DNA of 54,857 bases from Malacoraja senta. Lineage: Eukaryota. This document shows, piece by piece, positions 48,775 to 54,857 of this stretch. Below the pieces are notes generated by a model. It was given only the letters and a program-made list of their open reading frames with translations. It was not told the origin of the DNA and ran no database searches. The DNA lies in NCBI GenBank assembly GCA_038087875.1, contig JAXLNO010000286.1, positions 1 to 54,857 on the forward strand, written 5' to 3'. Every line of letters begins with the position of its first letter. Position 1 is the first letter of the stretch. The translations under genes were made by a program, and so were the position numbers.

Positions 48775-48786
48775 TGCGGAGCGGAC

Positions 48787-48880
<94 letters not shown>

Positions 48881-48908
48881 CGCGAGAGATGGGAGAGAGA
48901 GATAGAGG

Positions 48909-48980
<72 letters not shown>
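48787..48980. repeat. (GA)n microsatellite
   Basis: Read directly; begins about 12 nt after the GPCR B stop. Confidence 0.98.
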
Positions 48981-48984
<4 letters not shown>

Positions 48985-49000
48985 AGGAGAAAGTAAGATA

Positions 49001-49130
49001 GAATCAGTCGCGTTCAAGCTTCAAATTCAGAGTACATGTACAAGGATATATGACCTGACTCAAAATAAATTCAGAGATGATGTAAACAGAGCGCTGAAGT
49101 ACCCAATACGTCTAATCTTAAAAGTAAACA
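49001..49130 (+). pseudogene. Relic of a paralogous GPCR TM7/helix 8
   Basis: ESVAFKLQIQSTCTRIYDLTQNKFRDDVNRALKYPI aligns with gene B ESVALMLQVLSTCTNTVIYVLTQNKFREQMKGAVRCPI (48619-48732). Confidence 0.85.
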
Positions 49131-49795
49131 TAGAAACATGGAAACATTGAAAATAGGCGCAGGAGGAGGCCAGAACCGTCATTCATTGAGATCATGACTG
49201 ATCATCCACCATCAGTAACCGGTGCCTGCCTTCTCCCCATATCTCATGGTTCCGCTAGCCCCTAGAGCTATATCTAACTCTCATTTAAATTCATCCAGTG
49301 AAATGGCCTCCACTGTGGCAGAGAATTCCTCGAATTCATAACTCTCTGAGGGAAAAAGTGTTTTGTCATCTCAGTTTAGAGTTCATTCCTCAACTTCCCG
49401 CCTGAAGTTTAGAGCCTCCCCTTTATTCTTGGACTGTGGCCCCTGGTTCTGGACTCACTCAACATTGGGAAAATGTGTCCTGCATCTAGCTTGTCCAGTT
49501 CTTTTATATTTGTACACGTTTCTATAAGATCCCCTCTCATCCTAAATTCCATGAATACAAGCCCAGTCTTTCTAATCTTTCCTCATATGATAGTCCCGCC
49601 ATTCCGTGCATTAACCTCATGAACCTCCGCTGCACTGCCTCAATAGCAAGGATGTCCTTCCTCAAATTAGGAGACCAAAACTGCACACTATACTCCAGGT
49701 GTGGTACCACCAGGGCCCTGTACATCTGCAGACGGACCTTTTTACTCCTTTACACAAATCCTCTCGTTATGAAGGGCAACGTGCCATTAGCTTTC
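49128..49795 (-). mobile_element. CR1 3' fragment
   Basis: ORF 49537-49725 YRALVVPHLEYSVQFWSPNLRKD; (CATAGAAA)-type tail. Confidence 0.85.
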
Positions 49796-49809
49796 CGGCG
49801 TCGAAGGAC

Positions 49810-50100
49810 GAGAAGCCGAAGCAAAGAAGTGGAAGCCAAATAACCGAACGAAAAGGAAGCCCAAACGCCAAATAACCGAAAGCGTACGAAGCCGAAACGC
49901 CAACTAACCGAAAGTGTGGGTCGCCTAAATGTAAACTAACCGAAAGGGCGGGACGCCTAAAAGCCAACTAACCGAAAGGGTGCGTCGCGTAAAAGCACAC
50001 GCACCGAAAGGGCGTACTACCGAAACGCCAACTACCGAAAGGCTGCGTCCCCTACAACCAACTAACCGAATGGCCGCTCAGCCGAAATGTGAAATAACGG
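49810..50100. repeat. 32-bp-period array of CCGAA-like motifs (~9 units)
   Basis: AACCGAA or close variants at 49842, 49874, 49906, 49938, 49970, 50002, 50033, 50064 and 50096. Confidence 0.85.
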
Positions 50101-50354
50101 ACATGACGTCACCGGGGCGGACTTGTCAGCGATTGGTCCAGATCCCCGTTCCTTCACATCACTGGCCGTTGGAGACGGGAGGGTGGGGGTCAATCTCCCA
50201 CACAAGCCATAGGTGACTGGACCTCTGAACCCGAGCACCAAGTTTTAAGCGGCCGAACGAGCGCAGCAGTCGGGACAGCCCCCACTCTCCCACGGCCACG
50301 GCCGTTCTCCGCCTGGTCTCCCCAGTGCCAGCGCACTGTGACGGGCTGTGTGTC

Positions 50355-51482
50355 GGCAGCACCATCTTGACCATCCCCCACCCTGTCCTGAAACAGTTAG
50401 TTTCTACAATTATGTTGCACCATATGATTCCAAAAAGACGACAACTGGAGACCAACTCGTTAAGAATTGCTGATTTTTCTATTAGGAGGAATCGCATTTC
50501 TTCAAGATATGCGTTGTCCAACATGCTTGCGATCCACATTTTAAGCGTTGGTATTGGTGTATTTTTCCAAAATCTAAGTATTAGTTTTTTTGCTATTATT
50601 AAACCATAATTAAAAAATAAATGTTGAGATAAGTTTCAATTTATTCCCATCTTCCATTACTCCAAATGTAATCATTTCAGTATTAGGTTCCATTCTTATC
50701 TTGAATAATTTTGTAAATATATCACAAATATCACTCCAAAATCTATAACGTTTTATGCAGGAAACAAAAGAGTGTGTTATAGTTGCGTTTTGGGATAGAC
50801 ATTTATCACAAATGGGGGATATATTTGGGTAGAATTTGTTCAATCTTGTTTTTGAATAATATAATCTATGTAAAATTTTAAATTGAATTAGATTATGTCT
50901 TGCATTAATCGAACATTTGTGTATATATATCAAATACTTTTCCCATGTAACCTACGTAATTTTTTATCATTAATTCCCGCTCCACTATTCTTTAAGTACC
51001 TCTGTCGATGCTAAATCTATATTTAAAATACCATTATTTAACTATGATATTAATTTTTGTGAGTCAGCTTTAATATTCATTGCTTCTTCCAATAAGTCAG
51101 AAGTTACTTTTTGATATCCTTGTATGTATTTCTTCATGAAATCGCAAATCTGAAGACGTTGAAAATATTGGTTATTTTTCAATTTCAATTTAATTGTAAT
51201 TGTTGGAATGATAATAGATTTCCCATTTCATACATATCCCCGATCCTTTTAATTCCTAAACTTTCCCATTGGTTATATGTTTTATCATAAGAGATGGTTT
51301 AAATAAAGGGTTATTCGCTATAGGCGTTAACAATGATACATTTCTTAATTTTAAGGATAATTTTATTTGTTTCCAAATTCTTATTGTATCGTGTATAATT
51401 GGTTCTTCTTATGTATTGTGTTGTTCAGTTTTTTCGGAGAGAAGAGGATCGTTCCTATATTACAAGGAAAACAATCCTCTTT
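50355..51482 (-). mobile_element. L1 ORF2 3' fragment (another subfamily)
   Basis: IHKCSINARHNLIQFKILHRLYYSK..CDKC..HSFVSC; MWIASMLDNAYLEEMRFLL. Confidence 0.85.
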
Positions 51483-51935
51483 AGAAACATAGAAACATAG
51501 AAACATAGAAATTAGGTGCAGGAGTAGGCCATTCGGCCCTTCGAGCCTGCACCGCCATTCAATATGATCATGGCTGATCATCCAACTCAGTATCCCGTAC
51601 CTGCCTTCTCTCCATACCCTCTGATCCCTTTAGCCACAAGGGCCACATCTAGCTCCCTCTTAAATATAGCCAATGAACTGGCCTCGACTACCCTCTGTGG
51701 CAGAGAGTTCCAGAGATTCACCACTCTCTGTGTGAAAAAAGTTCTTCTCATCTCGGTTTTAAAGGATTTCCCCCCTTATCCTTAAGCTGTGACCCCTTGT
51801 CCTGGACTTCCCCAACATCGGGAGCAATCTTCCTGCATCTAGCCTGTCCAACCCCTTAAGAATTTTGTAAGTTTCCTTAAGATCCCCTCTCAATCTCCTA
51901 AATTCTAGAGAGTATAAACCAAGTCTATCCAGTCT
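51483..51935 (-). mobile_element. Young CR1 3' end, very similar to 8273-8710
   Basis: (AGAAACAT)x3 tail and long near-identical stretches shared with the 8.3-kb copy. Confidence 0.9.
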
Positions 51936-51948
51936 TTTGATTTCTCCA

Positions 51949-54857
51949 TTTTACTTCGGAGTCACGTGAGTGACTACGTGAAGAAGCCCGTCAGTGCGCC
52001 TGCGCGTCATTACGTCAGACGCCTTGACGCAAACGGACGTGAGGAGCAGTGCTCCTCGAGTGGTTTGTAGTTTTTCAACTACAAGGTAAGTAAAAACTTT
52101 TTTGCAGGTTTTCCAGGTCCGTTTACTGTGGGTCTATGGCGATTTTTTCCACAGACGCCATGGGAAAAAACGGACAGGGGGAAGAGGCGAGCGACATAGC
52201 CGACAGAAGTCGGGAAAGTCGGGAGTCCGCGGTTAGAGACCAACCGCCTCTAAACCCCGGTACAGTCGCCAGCGGTGAGCAAAGCGACTGTGGACCTGGG
52301 GCTGGTGAAAACACAGTCAGTGCCTGTCGGCAAAAGACAAAGTTTAAATCCCAACGGAGGGAGTCCCAGGCAATGGAGAAAGCCTTTTACACAGGCTGTT
52401 GGAGCAACGTTCACTCAGTGAGGAGTGTTCTGAAAGCCAAGCTGCTGGAAACAGCTCAAACAGCTCCTGGTACAGGGCTAGATACTGCTTTCGAGCGTAT
52501 TGCCCAAATAGAAGCCTTTTTCATAGGTTGTTGGAGCAAAAGTTCACTCAGGAAGGAGTGTACTATAATCCAAGCTGCAGGAGCAGCTTAACAGCACCTG
52601 GCTCAGGCTGATGGAATGCACCCTCAGGAATGAGGAGCGTGCTACGGGTCATGAGATTTCAGACCCCGACTCTGACGGTGAGGCTGTACAAGGCGATGAA
52701 AGGCAGCTGCCAGATGTTCCAACCCTGGTAGTAGGATTCGCTGCCCCGTCAGGGTCAGGAGAGCCATTAGGAAGAACTGGCCTCCTTAATAAATTACTTG
52801 GTTTACCATTAGCTGGAACAGCATGAAATGGATGAGACTGCAAGAGTATCTGGAATCAGTTGCAGAGAATATTAAAGCTGCTGGGTTCTGGAATAACTGC
52901 TTTTACCAGAATAGCAGGTAACAACCAAAAGATGACGAAGTTGCATCAGCAAGCACTGGGGTTGCTATGCAGCACCCACTTCGAGAAGTGCTATACGGTC
53001 TACTATGAATCCGAAATTCGCAGCACTCTGCAAACCAAGTAATATACAAATTACCCTACTTACTCTTTGGAGAGATCTCGGGAGACGTATTAAAGAGTTG
53101 GAAGATGAAGCGAAAACAGGATTGATGAAGACATCAATGGTTGTGAAGTCTGTAAAGAGGAAGTATCCTTTCAGACGTCATACGGATCCTGGACCAAGTC
53201 GCTCATCAACGCAGGGACGTAGTTGGCGGCCTGCAGCGGGAGCAAGAACCAGTGGCGTGCTTCCGGGAGAACCCAGGAATCTCAGGGTACTGAAAATGAC
53301 TCAAGAGGTAGGTGGACCTGGTTCTCATGGGAACATACTAACTGGATTAAGTCCAAAAGTTGGAGGCAGGTTACATTTTTTCTATAATAATTGGAAGAAA
53401 ATTATTTCAGATGTGGTAATCCTGAATAATATACAAAGATTTCGAATTGAATTCAATCCAAATTATGATTTGCCTGTTCAGCATGTTCCTAGCCGAACTC
53501 TGCACTTTGTACAAAAAGAAGTGATGGAGGTTCAGGTTGCAATTGAAACCTATATAAAAAAAGGGGTTATTGAAAAATCAGTCTACCAAAGTCACCAATT
53601 TGTGTCAAAAATATTCCCTCGATCAAAAAAGGATGGAGGATGTAGGATTCTTGTAGATTTGATAAATCTGAATCCTTTTGTGCAATTTAGACATTTTAAA
53701 ATGGAAACATTTGTGACTGCCAAACAGCTTATTTCAGAAGCATGTTATATGGCAACTATAGACTTGAAAGATGCATATTATTCAGTGTCTGTTCATTCAC
53801 AAGATAGGAAGTATCTTAAATTTAAATGGATGAACCAGTTGTGGCAGTTCAAAGCTCTGCCTAATGGGTTAATATCTGCACTCAGAATATTCACAAAAAT
53901 TGTTTAAAACCAATTCTGGGCTTGCTGAGTAGCCAGGGGCATGTACTAATGGCATATTTGGATGATGTCTTGATTATAGGAAAGACAAAACAGTCAACAG
54001 AAGTATCTGTTGCAGTTGTGAAATCAACTTTTGAAAAGTTGGGGTTTCTAATTCATCCACAGAAATCTAGGTTAACACCATGTACCTCTATTAATTATTT
54101 GGGGTTCACAATTGATTCAGTCCAAATGAATATCACTTTGCCCAGGGAAAAAGGTGGATTTGATTAAAGATTGCAGTAATCTACTAAACGAGCAAAAACC
54201 TTCAATTAGACAGGTGGCTCGTGTACTGGGAAAATTAGTAGCAGCATTCCCAGCAGTCCAATTTGGACCATTACATTATCAACAGCTGCAGAGACTTAAA
54301 GAACAGGCACCGAGAATGCATGTTGGTCATTTTGATAGAACCATGCAACTAACAACAAATGCTGTTTCTGGTCTGCAGTGGTGGATTCTACATGTCTCAA
54401 GCAGTTCCAGCAAAGTGCTGATTGAACAACCTTCCATGATATTACAAACTGATGCAGTGCACCAGGATGGGGTGCAACTGACTTAACGTCTAGCTGAGGA
54501 GGCAGATGGAATCAGGAAGAGTCATTGTTACTGCAGACATGGGGGAATTAACTATTTGGAGCTTCTAGGATGTTTCTATGGGCTCCAAGCTTATTGTTCT
54601 AACACAACTAATAAGCATGTTCAAGTTCAAATTGATAACACAACAGTAGTTGTTTATATTAATGATATGGAATTAAGTCGGTGTCTTGTGACAAAATGGT
54701 TAATCAACTTTGGGCTTGGTGTATTGAAAAGAACATTTGGATTTCAGCTATCTATCTACCAGGTAGAATGAACGATAGCAGACACCAAGTCACGAAAAGT
54801 TCCATGATAATAAAGAATGGATGTTGAATCAAGAGGTATTCAATGATATAGTCATCA
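51949..54857 (+). mobile_element. DIRS1-like tyrosine-recombinase retrotransposon (left end, gag region, RT/RNase H), running off the window
   Basis: VGGRLHFFYNNW..FVSKIFPRSKKDGGCRILVDL..LNPFV..HFKMET..IDLKDAYY; AYLDD; RNase H ILQTDA, LELLG..QIDNTTVV.YIN. Frameshifted; the recombinase is not in the window. Confidence 0.88.

Noticed and set aside
48764..49150. 128-aa Glu-Arg repeat ORF as a gene
   Set aside because: Mostly (GA)n; only the last ~45 codons are meaningful and are reported as a GPCR relic.
49810..50100. CRISPR-like appearance of the periodic array
   Set aside because: Vertebrate context, no cas genes, and the variable parts are only ~7 nt and related to each other.

Overview
Eukaryotic, repeat-dense DNA, most likely from a cartilaginous fish (inferred from the HE1-type SINEs, CR1/HER1-type LINEs and receptor type). 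The host genes are two intact, divergently oriented, two-exon GPR139-like class A GPCRs: A on the minus strand (exons 3879-3780 and 1681-780, 333 aa) and B on the plus strand (exons 44112-44181 and 47879-48774, 321 aa). A relic of a third TM7 follows B. The ~40 kb between them is almost all nested retroelements: CR1, Rex1/Babar, L1, Penelope termini with hammerhead-like cores, SINEs and a probable Helentron-type element. A DIRS element runs off the right end. The most striking structure is a 6,079-bp endogenous retrovirus (541-bp LTRs, CATT target duplication, tRNA-Pro PBS). Its interior is a mosaic of two different integrase relics, a decayed CR1 fragment and an anchorless env. It sits inside a young single-ORF LINE; excising it in silico restores an in-frame hydrophobic leader followed by a 2A-like peptide, PHD finger, endonuclease and RT. 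All calls are from reading the sequence by eye; element boundaries without a target-site duplication are approximate.
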